Both the position numbers and the translations under genes were made by a program. The notes beneath the pieces are model-generated. The model did no database searches. It saw only the letters and a program-made list of their open reading frames with translations, and had not been told where the DNA came from. This document shows positions 9,480-20,367 of a stretch of DNA of 64,000 nt, piece after piece. The DNA lies in the NCBI RefSeq assembly GCF_009914755.1, contig NC_060948.1, one strand, 5' to 3'. Each line of letters begins with the position of its first letter. The stretch's first letter is position 1. Source of the DNA: the human T2T-CHM13v2.0 reference genome, Homo sapiens.

Positions 9480-11210
9480 TGTTTAAAAAATGTCATATGA
9501 AATGATACATATTTACAACTTAAGGCGTGATGTTCAACAGGTCATATACATTATGCATTGGATACATCCAGCCAATCAACATATGTGTGACCTCACATAG
9601 TTGTCATTTTTGTTGTGAAAAAACTTGACTTGCACTGTATTCGAATATTTTTAGAGAAAGAATATGTTACCACTAGTTATAGTGAGCATGCTGAAGAAAA
9701 TATTTTTAACCTATTCCTCCTTTATAACTAGAAGTATGAGTTCTTCATCCAGCATCTCGTCAGTGCACCCTCTTCACCGCAGTCATTGGAGTCACTACTT
9801 CTGTGAAGTCCGCTTTTTTGATTTCATATAAGAATGAGATCATGTGCTATTTTCATTTCTGATACCTGGCTTATGTCACTTAACAGAATGGCATGCACAC
9901 ATTCAGCAGATTCCCACACATTCTCACAACTGGCAGGATTTCCTGATTTCTTATTGCAGCGCATATTTCCGTTGCGCATATGCGTTTTTGCCCCATTTTT
10001 TAATCCACTTATCAATGGAGGGACACTCAGGTTGCTTCCGCATTTTGGCTACAGCAAAAATGTAATGAGTGCAGCAATAATTGCATGGGTGCGCGCACCG
10101 CTTCAACATACTGATCTGTGTACTGGCGGGCGTGCCCGGGTATTCTGATTTGCTGGATCATATAGTGGGTGGTTCTAATTGTAGATTTCTGAAGGCTGTT
10201 TATACTTAAATAAGAGCCATAAAGCTTCTTTAATGCCAGCACTAATTTACATTCTCCCCAAAAGTGAGCAGGGAATTCGTTTTCTCTGCCTCCTCACCAG
10301 AGATTAGGGTTTTCTTTTCTTTCTTTTTTTTTTTTTGTTTGTTTGTCTTTCGGATAATATGCATTCTGACTGAAGTGAGAAGAAATCTCATTGTGTTTTT
10401 GATTTGCATTTTCGTGATGGATTGGGGATAATGAGGAATTTTTAGTGTGTCTTCTGGGCAACTGTATGTCTCAGTTTCACAAATGAGTCTTCGCAGCCTT
10501 CGCCCATTTGTTTTCATGCTATTGAGTTGTTGGGAGTTCCTTATGTACTGTGACTATTCCCCCATGAACAGATGTATGGTGATCCAATCATTGCTCCCAT
10601 CCTGTAGGATGCCCCTTCTGTATGTTGAGTTTTCTATGGTGTGGTGAAGCACTTTAGTTTGATATGATTCCATTCTCTATTTTTGATGGTGTTTACTGTG
10701 TTCTTGCAGTCACTTTGAGACCATCATTGCACACACGGACGCCATGGAGCTTCTTCCTTGTGATCTCTTCTGCTATTTTTATCGTTTCACATCTGACACT
10801 GGAGTTTGGTGATAAATAATCCACTTGTAAAATCCTTTGTGTGGCTATTCAGATTTCCCCAACCTAGTTTATAGAAGATACTTGATTTTGCATTGGGCGT
10901 TCTTGCTTCTTTGGGAAAAGGCTGTGAGCTGCAAATGCAGTGACTTAGTTCTGGGCTCCTGTTGTTTTTCCTAAGCTCTAGTCTCTGCTTTTCTGCCAGT
11001 GCTATTGTATTTTGGTACAAAAAGTTTTGTAGTAGTATATCATGAAGTTAGGTAGTGTGGTGGCTCCAGCTTTGTGCTTTTTACTGGATTGCTCTGGGTT
11101 TTCAGGATCTTCTGCCATTTCATAGCAAATTTGGGATTCCCAGATTGTTTTTCTAAGAAGAATGTGTCATTGATATTTTTACAGGGGTTGTATAGAATCT
11201 GAGGATGACT
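9480..11210 (-). mobile_element. Old LINE-1 fragment (3' ORF2/3' UTR), antisense
   Basis: Minus-strand peptides resemble the L1 ORF2p C-terminus: KMQIKNTMRFLLTSVRM (cf. EMQIKTTMRYHLTPVRM) and SSIFYKLGWGN (cf. SLFNKWCWEN). Heavily disrupted; boundaries approximate. Confidence 0.85.
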
Positions 11211-11276
11211 CAGGTAGTAGTGATGTCAATGCCGTTTAGACAATGTGCGTGTTTGTGTGCACAAGCTCAGGGCCAA

Positions 11277-12725
11277 GAGACACTGGGTGTCCTCACCAAT
11301 ACTGAGGTGGGCCTTAATATCCAGCCAGATTGCCTTCTGGAAACACACGGAATGTCCTGTTCTGTTTTGCCATCTCTTCACATTTCCTCCCCTGTGAGCC
11401 CTGTGTGGTCCTCCAGATTCCCTGTGCGGTGGCCTGCCTTTTTTGGGGTGGGGAGTTGCTGGGTGAATGAGGATGGCGGAGGGAACCAAGCATGTCAGTG
11501 GAGCGTGGTGTCATCCAAACGGTACTTAGCAGGCCTGGGAGAGTCATTCTGGGAGGACGCAGACCTAGAGAGGCCTCAGGTGGGCATCTGTGTGGAGGGT
11601 GAGAGATCCCTGGTTGAGCCCAAACTGAACCCCAGGTAGAAGCAAGCCTCAGGACAGGGAAGTAGCTAGCAAGGGATGATGAGGCAGCTATCTCTTGACC
11701 CTGGCTTCCCACCCATTGACCTTAGCTACTTATGCCTATTAAGCAGATTACGGTTCCCCCATCGTGAAATGTGGGTACCACAGTTCCCTGATGGGCATTT
11801 CTCCACCAGCCCATGATGGCCTGAGTTTCCTTACTGCAGTCTCCTCCCTGAGCCTTGGCTTCTCTATGTGTGTCCTAACTCCAGGACCCACAGGCCTGTC
11901 AACCCCCAGCCCTGGGCTGCTTCCCTGGCCTCTTCTCTGTTCCCTCTCTGAGGGCCTAACTCCCTTGGGTAGTGCTGCAGAATATAGAGCCACAGGCCCT
12001 GGCTGATGATCTGGTGGACTGGGCAAATTGGTCGTGACAGGTCAGGTTCTGGTTCAAAGCCAATTCCTCCGATGCCAAGGAATGTCGAAGAAGGTCCTTT
12101 GCCATGATGCCCCATAGCTGCCCCACCTCAGCAATCGTGCCGTAACCTGGGCCCTCACAGTCAGACAACCAGCTGAAGAAGCTCAGGCAGTGACCTGCGG
12201 GAAACTCGGGCTTTCACCTGCATGACCCTAGAACCACTGGACTGCAGTGGAGCCAGTCGCCCTGTATCCTGGAGGGAGACGAGTCAGGAAGGCGCACGCC
12301 AGGCCCAGCTCCCGAGGTACTACCCCCTCTACTCCTCAGGGAGGATGCCAACGCAATACTCCTTAGTCATCACTTTGTTTCCGAAGTAAATGTTGTGATG
12401 AAAGGCAAACTTCTTCCTACCCCTTGTATTCAGGGTGGCCGAGTTCCTCCACCTGCCTGTCCAAGAAGGAGAAACAGGGCTGTGAAGGGGCAATTTCATC
12501 TAGGTGGGCTGAGGTGGCATTCTAGCCGGGGTGAAGCATGCGTTTCCCCTTCCCAGCTTTCCCGCTGAGACACACCTGAGCCCCAGAAGGACCTCAACCT
12601 GACCAGGACCTTAGCACCCTCCCCCAGACCCAGGCTTTCCATCCTGACCTGCAAATCCAACATGCAGCTTTGAAGGACTTTCTCATGGTTTCTGAGCTCC
12701 TTGCTCTCACCAGAAAGAATCAGAA
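11277..12725 (-). pseudogene. Second degenerate TSPY-like relic (exons 2-5 plus 3' flank), unit 1
   Basis: Minus strand: ...KVLQSCMLDLQ (ends 12649); VEELGHPEYK/FHHNIYFGNKVMTKEYCVGIL (12452-~12340); GYRATGSTAVQWF*.../SFFSWLSDCEGPGYGTIAE (12268-12127); IISQGLWLYILQHYP (from 12010). Contains a stop codon, frameshifts and lost donors. Colinear with 19660-21130. Confidence 0.85.
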
Positions 12726-14743
12726 CTTTTAAAGTGTTCTTTATGCCAACTTAAATTTTTCATTTTTACTACCTCATGTTTTGGATGAGGCATGTATTTT
12801 TAAATTTATTTTCACCCTTATTGTACCTCTATGATAAACTGCTTGCTTACATTCATACCGTAATTATCTCTCAGGTTACTTGTCTGTTCCTAAAGATTCA
12901 CTGAAACGAAGAATTCTATATATGCTTGTATCTTTCAGCAACCGTATGTCAGATAGCACTGCACATTACTGCAGACATCGCATATACAGGTCCAAAGGTA
13001 GAGGAAGAAGAAGAAAGCAAGCGTTAAACTCTATTCATTCCTAAAAGCATATCAGAAACTCACAAATAACAGTGAAATCAAAGAATGATCACAGCCAATT
13101 CCATTACATACCTAGACTGAAATACGAAACTTCAAAGAAAAGAAACATTAGAACTTTGGGTTTGTAAAAATTTTCCTATATAGATAAAATTATTGGTAAC
13201 TGTGTCTCACTAGAAAACGTAAACAAAAATCCATGTTTTTCATATTTGTAAATATACATAGTTTTATTTCCATCAGTTATGACATGCAAGCAAGTAATAA
13301 AGTGAAAGTACAATCAAATGATATATGGAACTTCCTCAGTCTTAAAATATTCCATGGAGACTATCAATTTTATGAAAACTATAAAGAATGCTTCATGAAA
13401 CTACATTGTACAGTGCCATTTACTATTTTACTGACATTTTAAATAATCAACAATTAAAGGGAATACGTCAACATTATTTAATACCAATAACGTTATTTTT
13501 CTTGAGTAATCCTGTTGAAATTAAGGATTTTAAATAAAACATTAAAAACAAATTATATTGACTGATTTCAGCTTTGGATGAAATCATACTTGTGTATTTG
13601 TAGTAATGCGAAGCATAACTTTCTCCTCACAATTAATCTTTTATAACATCGGTGTTATAGTTTTCTCTGACACCAACATTGTGATATCGCACAGGTTTAC
13701 TGCATGCATGCATTACATGCCTCCAGAGAGTAGGCTTCAAATATATGGAAAAATTATATTTATGAAAAAATTCTAGGAAAGGGAATGGTGAAATGGAAGA
13801 GAATTTCTCACTTGCTAACTGTTGGACATGGATTTGTATATATTTGGATATAGACACATACTGGCACACTGTGAGTTTGCCCATGTATATATACACTTAT
13901 ATGAGAAACCCATAATATATGGGTTGTGTAATCTTTTAATTAATCCATAATTGTATGTGTGTGAAATTAGATAAGCGGTTACCTTTTCTTTACTCAATTT
14001 GATGGAAAGCCAAAAAACTCTGTCCACCTTCATTTCAATTAATCCAATACTGTTAACTGCTGGTAGCTTCATTCTCCTTGTTCTCTTACGGCAACCGGAA
14101 AGTTAATTCTCGCTCTAATTTGGCTTTCAAGGTGCGATCAACAAGAGTGTCACCTTGCTGTGGATTGTGACCTCTGACTCCACCTCTGTCTTCCTTTTGC
14201 AGTCCTACCTTTGCATAGGTAACAAACTTTGTACATGGTTAAAAGGATAAAAGTTCAGTGAAATGTCAAGCCATGCTGTGAAATGTTCCATAGTTTCTAT
14301 ATCTCTAATTGTCCTTTGATGTTATAGAGGCAAGAAAAATAATTCAATGTTTTTCTTAGTATCTAGTCCAATGCACTCTTTCTTCATAATACTGCAAACA
14401 AGGCACTGACATGGAAACGTGGCTGGACGTCTCAAAATCTCTTCTCATTAATTACCATTATGTTAATCACTGTTGCCCACAACTGGAATTGGACTTTGAA
14501 ATCCCCTGGTGGAAATTGCTATAATGGCTCAAACTACTGGAAAGACTATCTTTTTTTTACCTGAAAATATCTGATGAGCATAGACGTATGCTATATACAG
14601 GAACATATTGTACATTAACAACATACCATCACTGCCACTCAATAATAGGTATCCCAAACCTTTGAGCCAAACTGAGCTCGGGTGCTCCCACAAACCAAGC
14701 TTTTCCCTCCACAGATTTCTTATGTCAAAAAGCCACAACTCCA

Positions 14744-15050
14744 GGCCAGGCTTCGTGGCTCTTGTTGTAATTTCTACATTTTGGGAGGCCGAGGTTGGTG
14801 GGTCACTTGAGGTCAGGAGTTGGAGACCAGCATGGGCAACATGGCAAAAAGCTGTCTCTACCAAAAATACAAAAATTAGCCAGACCTAGTGGCACTTTCC
14901 TGTGGTCCCAGCTACTTGGGAGGCTGAGGCAGGAGAACCACCTGAACATGGGTGGCAGAGATTGTATAGTAAGCCAAGATCAGACTACTGCACTCCAGCC
15001 TGGATGACACAGCGAGACCATGACTGAAAAAAGAAAAAAAAAAAAATAAA
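14744..15050 (+). mobile_element. Full-length Alu with poly(A) tail
   Basis: GGCCAGG...TTTGGGAGGCCGAGG...GAGGTCAGGAGTT...TACCAAAAATACAAAAATTAGCC...GCACTCCAGCCTGG, then an A tail. CAACTCCA on both flanks looks like a target-site duplication. Confidence 0.95.
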
Positions 15051-15095
15051 GGCAACTCCACTCGTCCACTGGCTTAGGTAAAAAGTACTGGAGTT

Positions 15096-15402
15096 GGCTG
15101 GGCTCGGTGGCTCACACCTGTATTCCCAGCACTTTGGATTTTGGGAAGCTGAGTCGGGCGGGTCACCTGAGATCTGTAGTAGGAGAGCAGCCTGGCCAAC
15201 ATGGTGAAGCCTGGCTTCTACTAAAAATACAAAACATTAGCTGAGCGTGGTGATGCATGCTTGTAATCCCAGCTACTGCAGAGGCTGAACCTGGGAGGCG
15301 GAGGATGTGTTGAGCTGAGATCCTGCCACTGCGCTCCAGCCTGGTCTACAGAGCGAGAGTACCCTGTGAGAAACAAAGGTGAAGAGAACAAGAAAAAAAA
15401 AA
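15096..15402 (+). mobile_element. Second full-length Alu, in tandem
   Basis: GGCTGGGCTCGGTGGCTCACACCTGTATTCCCAGCACTTTGG...CCTGGCCAACATGGTGAA...GAGCTGAGATC...CTCCAGCCTGG, then an A-rich tail. Confidence 0.95.
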
Positions 15403-15509
15403 ATGAGAAAAATAAGACCCACTGCAAAAGGTTGCCACAGAAAAGATTAAACATTTCAGCAACTTCTATCTTCTGTCATGGAAGCCAAGGTTATTTGGAC
15501 CAAACCTCC

Positions 15510-15862
15510 TGTCTTAGTTCATTTTCACGCTGCTGAAGAAGACATACCTGAAACTGGGAATAAAAGGAGGTTTAATTGGACTGACAGTTCCACATGGCTG
15601 TGGAGGCCTCAGAATCATGGTATACGAATAAAGGCACTTCTTACATGGCAATGCCAAGAGAGAATGAGGAAGAACCTGAGGCAGAAACCCCTGAAAAACC
15701 CATCAGATCCCGTGAGACTTCTTCACTGTCACAAGAATAGCATGAGAAAGACCGACCCCCATGATTCAATTACCTCCCCCTGGGTCCCACCCGCAACACG
15801 AGGGAATTCTGGGAGATACAATTGAAGCTGAGATTTGAATGGAGACACACCAAACCATGTCA
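15510..15862 (-). mobile_element. Solo THE1-type MaLR LTR
   Basis: 353 bp with TG...CA termini. The minus strand begins TGACATGGTTTGGTGTGTCTCCATTCAAATCTCA (THE1 consensus TGATATGGTTTGGCTGTGTCCCCACCCAAATCTCA). The 5-bp flanks CCTCC/CTTCC resemble a target-site duplication. Confidence 0.9.
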
Positions 15863-16349
15863 CTTCCCAAACAATTAAAAATTCCCAATAGAAGAAGCAT
15901 TAATTATATCAAAAAGTGGTGGACCAAGAAGGAACTATTAGCCTCATATCTCAAGAAAGACTCCAGTCAAGGCCTAGGGACTACTCATGAAAAGAGTTTA
16001 ATAGCCGACTCTCTCCCAGTGGATCTGGATTCCACCGGACTGTATCTTCACAGTAAGGGTGAAACAGAAGCAAACCCATTCCTATTTCCAAGCTCAAGGA
16101 ACTTTGGTCAAAGTTCTCTTGGAGCTGAGCAGAACAAGGAGGCAAACAGAAAAGATTTGTGTCCCTGAGAAGTCATGGCCACAGGCTGGCTATCACACAG
16201 ATTGTCAAGCCAGTTCCATATTGCATGGGTATTACAGAAAATCTCAAAACATAAATTTGTGTGTGGGTTGTCCCAGAGTAGCAGGATCTGGCAGAAGGAA
16301 ATTTCCTTCTAACCCTCAAAGAATCCACATAAATCTTGTTACATTTGGG

Positions 16350-17300
16350 ATTTTACGATTTGCTTCAGGAATGAGAATGGCCTTAATTTTCATATCTTTT
16401 TCTACACTCAGTTTATGTCTTGTTGGCGTCAAAGTTCTGCTTGCTTCACACAATGAGTTTAGGATTTTCCCTTTTTTATTCTATAGAATTCTTCATATAT
16501 ATTGAAATGCTCTGCCTGGGGAAAAAAATCTGAGCCTAGCGTTTTATCTCTAGGAAGAATCCTTTATTTCCTTGAACATTTATGAGACTATACAGATTAT
16601 ATATGTCTTCTTGTATCAATTTTACTAAGCTATATACATAGCTTATGTTTATATATTATATATATAAATGTAAGATACAAATATAAAAATTATGTATAAA
16701 TATGAAAATATATATAGAAAGCGATATATATGTCTATATATATAGACAGATTATAAATATCTGTCTATTTGATCTAAGTTTTCAAATTTGTAGGTTAAGG
16801 TGTTAACGATATTTCCTTATTAGCTTCTTAATCTATGCTGTATCTATGGTTGTGTACCTTTTAAATTCTTAGTTTTATCTATGTTTTCTCCCTTTTTTTC
16901 TAAACTTGACTGACGGTTGCATCATTTATTATATTTCTCCAACAAGCAGAGGTTAGCTTTGTATGTTTTACTAATTTTGTCTACATCATTATTCCCACAC
17001 TTTAGTTTTTCAGAATTGATTCTGTTGTTTCTTTTCTAATTCTTTATTGAAATATCTAGTACATTAATTTTCAAGTTATTAGAGAAATATTTGTCTGTAA
17101 ACTCCTATTGTAATATCACTTTTCTTGCTACTCACAGATTTAATCTTTAATATTGGCGGTATCATTGAGTTCTAAGTACATTTCAATTCCTAGTATGATA
17201 ATCTATGAATTGCTGAGAAATAGTGTTTACAATTTTGTTGTTCTATTTCCACTTAAGTTTATTTTTACTTCTGCTAACTCAATTGAAAATTCTTTACTAA
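16350..17300 (-). mobile_element. Probable ancient L1 fragment with internal AT-rich tract (copies ~36650-37600, ~56960-57910)
   Basis: T-rich plus strand. TTGGCGTCAAAGTTCTGCTTGCTTCACACAATGAGTTT resembles the antisense L1 ORF2 motif TTTGGTATCAGGGTAATGCTGGCCTCATAGAATGAGTT. Judged by eye only. Confidence 0.55.
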
Positions 17301-17311
17301 TTTTTAAAATC

Positions 17312-17425
17312 CTTGAACCCAAGAGATGGAGGTTGCAGTGAGCTGAGATCAGGCCACTGCATTCCAGACTGAGTGACAGAGTGGAACGAGATTTCAAAAC
17401 AAAACAAAACAAAACAAAACAAAAC
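17312..17425 (+). mobile_element. 5'-truncated Alu right-arm fragment with (CAAAA)6 tail (copies 37614-37727; 57925-58043 with 7 units)
   Basis: CTTGAACCCAAGAGATGGAGGTTGCAGTGAGCTGAGATC...CCACTGCATTCCAGACTGAGTGACAGAG followed by (CAAAA)n. Confidence 0.9.
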
Positions 17426-18984
17426 AGTCACTGGAAAGATAATAAAATACATAAATGTGGGATGTAATATGTAATCGTGATAAAATAAACTGGATTTTTT
17501 GTATAAGTTATACATATAAATGTAATGCCAAGACACTGATAAGACAACTCATGGTCTTATCTCAATACTTAGTGTCTTCATGTAACATATGTCCTTTAGG
17601 ATAGTTATAGTCCGTTTTCTTTCCAGGAGAGACAGATGAGAATGCAGAAATGTTAAAGTGCAAGGGACGGAAGCTTCCAGCTGTGCCCACCTGTAACCTG
17701 ACGTAGACAGTTCCACCGTTTGCTTCATTAATCATGCCAAAGGCTCTAATGCAAATGTGGTACAGAGTCACATGTTTTTGTATCTACATGATAGAAACTA
17801 TAACTTCATCCCTATATAGAAGGGTATATAGCATATGCCTCAGTGATAAATATAAGTGAATCATTGATCAGTAGGAAACCATTTTAAAAGTCTTTCATAA
17901 CAGAACAAAATCCCTGAAAACATTTTCTTCTCAATCTCTGAGTTTTCTTACACGGCTTATGAATCTCTAGCCATACTAAAGAGATAGTATGCTGCTCTTC
18001 CCACAAATTATTCATTGTATATAATTCCTGTAATCTAATAACAGTACCTTTACACCTCAGGGTTTAAAATGACTCCAACCTTTTTCTGTTTCTCCAATTA
18101 AAATAACTTTTTTAAGGTTTAATCTTCAGTAATTTTTTGTAGTAATATTTTTGAAGGTATTTGACCAGGATGATTTGCTTATATACCTACCTGACGTCTC
18201 CCTTTCTTCTGAATACATATTTTATTACCCACCTATTAGATCTAAGTTTAAGAAGTTGGAATAGGGATTTAAATCTAAATTCTACATTTGAATTTACAGG
18301 AGTCAGCGAGTCCGGGAAGTGCCTTTATGCACAGACCAATATCTGGCAATGGCACTAGGAGACAAATAAGCTTTACCAGTCTCAAAGCCCTGGCTACTAC
18401 AGTGAATCCACCCTTCTCCTGGATCTTATCTACTTCAGCAAAAGAAGGCCACCCACTAAACCAGGCCCTTGTACTTTGGGTGGAAACTCCTAAGTCCTCT
18501 AGTCTCCTCAAACAGACAGCCAGGCTGCCAATTTCCACAATAATAATTTCTATAGCACTGAGTCTTTGGTAGCCTTGTAACTATAGCTACTGATGCTACA
18601 GTCTGGTCCCTGTATGATAAAACACCAGAGCAACAGAAACAAAAATATTGACTGAAGCCTTCTAAAATCTCTCTAAATATACCTTCAATAAATATGGTTT
18701 TTTTTACAGAACGACTGCTTTCAGCTTCCTGAACTAACGCTTGGCCTTCGCTAGTTGTCACTGTTGAAATTGATTCAAAAGTGTACATTTAACATGAAAG
18801 TCAACACAGAATTTCATGTGTCAGCAACTAAAATTTTCAAAATGTTGCAAAATACAAATGTGAAACTGTATTTGTGAAATTTACCATTCATTGAAATTAT
18901 ATTTTCATACCTACCCAGGCACAGAATTTTTTATAACTGTCTGCATGTTCTCCTCATGTGGGGGAAAAGCAGCATCAGCAGGCA

Positions 18985-19084
18985 GAGGAATCCTTTGAAG
19001 CTGGAGGGAGAGGTTGCAGTGATCTGAGAGTTTGCCACTTGACTGCAGCCTGGATGACACAGTGAGACTCCAACTGAAAAGAAA

Positions 19085-19121
<37 letters not shown>

Positions 19122-19186
19122 CCAAAATTGATAAGTAAAAAAAAAATCCATATTCGAAAACATGCTCACAGGCTAACTCCCATATC

Positions 19187-19235
<49 letters not shown>
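18985..19235 (+). repeat. Alu 3' fragment followed by two (CA)n microsatellites (~19087-19119, ~19189-19235; copies ~39287-39535, ~59603-59849)
   Basis: GAGGTTGCAGTGATCTGAGA...GCAGCCTGGATGACACAGTGAGACTCC, then CA runs whose lengths differ among units. Confidence 0.88.
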
Positions 19236-19237
<2 letters not shown>

Positions 19238-20367
19238 TCCTTGAAAACGAAAGTTCCACAAGGGCAAAACAAGAAAACAAATTTAACACCCCCCAAAGAA
19301 AGTACAAAGAGTAACCTCAAAAGAACTGCAGGGGAAAACAATTCAAAATTTACAAGTATCTACCCTAAAAGAAGCTGAAAGTCCCTCAAAAACTTTCCAG
19401 AGGCCATGTCCTTGTATTACAAAAATGATCATAAAAACTGGCAGGAGTAGACGAATAGAAATGCATCTTAAAACTTGCTAAACCCTTCAAGTCTCCCATA
19501 AGAATTGTAATGGAAAATGGATCGGTCGGCAGCTTTTTCCATACAATTATGAACAAATTATATTTCTTCATACATAGATTTGTTTTTTCAATATTCTAAG
19601 GAATTAACTTTTATATTAATAGTAGGTGATGTAAGAAAGCAGGCCTTTATCAAGATAACTGACACTGGATGTCCATACCATTACTCAGGTGGGCCTTAAT
19701 TCCCAGCCGGGTTCCCTCCCTGGACACACACTGAAGGTCCCCAGCCATTTGGCAATCTCTTCACATTCCCAGCCCTGGAGGTAGCCCTAAAATACATGTA
19801 CCTGAAGAAAATAAAACATTGCCTCACACTGGAGCCCAGTGTGGTCCTCCAGATTCCGTGTGAGGTGGACTAACTTATATGGGAAGGCAGGGCAGCGGGA
19901 GTGAGGATGGCAGAGAGGATTACACATGTCAAGGCAGCCGGGGTCATGGAAACAAAACATGACTGGCCTGGGAGAAACACTGTGAAAGGACATACACCTA
20001 GGTGGGCCTCAGGTGGACATCCTCGTGGAGAAAAAGGGGGCCCTGGTTGATCTCAAAATGAGCCCCAGGTGGTAGCAGGTCTTACCGCAGGGCAGGGAGC
20101 TGGCGAGTAATGATGAGACAGCTATCCCTTAAGCCCTGCTTGTCACCCACTGACTTTAGCCACATATGCATCATAGTGGCTTAAGGTGCCCCGATCCTGA
20201 AATGTGGGTGTTACATGTCCCTGATGGGCCTCTCTCCCCCAACCCACGGATTGCCTGGGATTGCTCACTGCAGTCTCCTCCCGGATCCTTGGGTTCTCCA
20301 TGTGGGGCCCAGATCCAGGTCAAAAGGCCTCTCAGTTCCCAGCCCTTCCCAGCCCTAGGCTGCTCGC

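Noticed and set aside
14060-14230. Exon-like, relatively GC-richer patch with a ~20-nt match to 8237-8257 (CTCTGACTCCACCT)
   Set aside because: The match is too short and no recognisable protein or splice model emerges.
15594-15606. PRDM9 hotspot motif position in the THE1 LTR
   Set aside because: The minus strand reads CCTCCACAGCCAT, which mismatches CCNCCNTNNCCNC at positions 7 and 13. There is no support for a hotspot.
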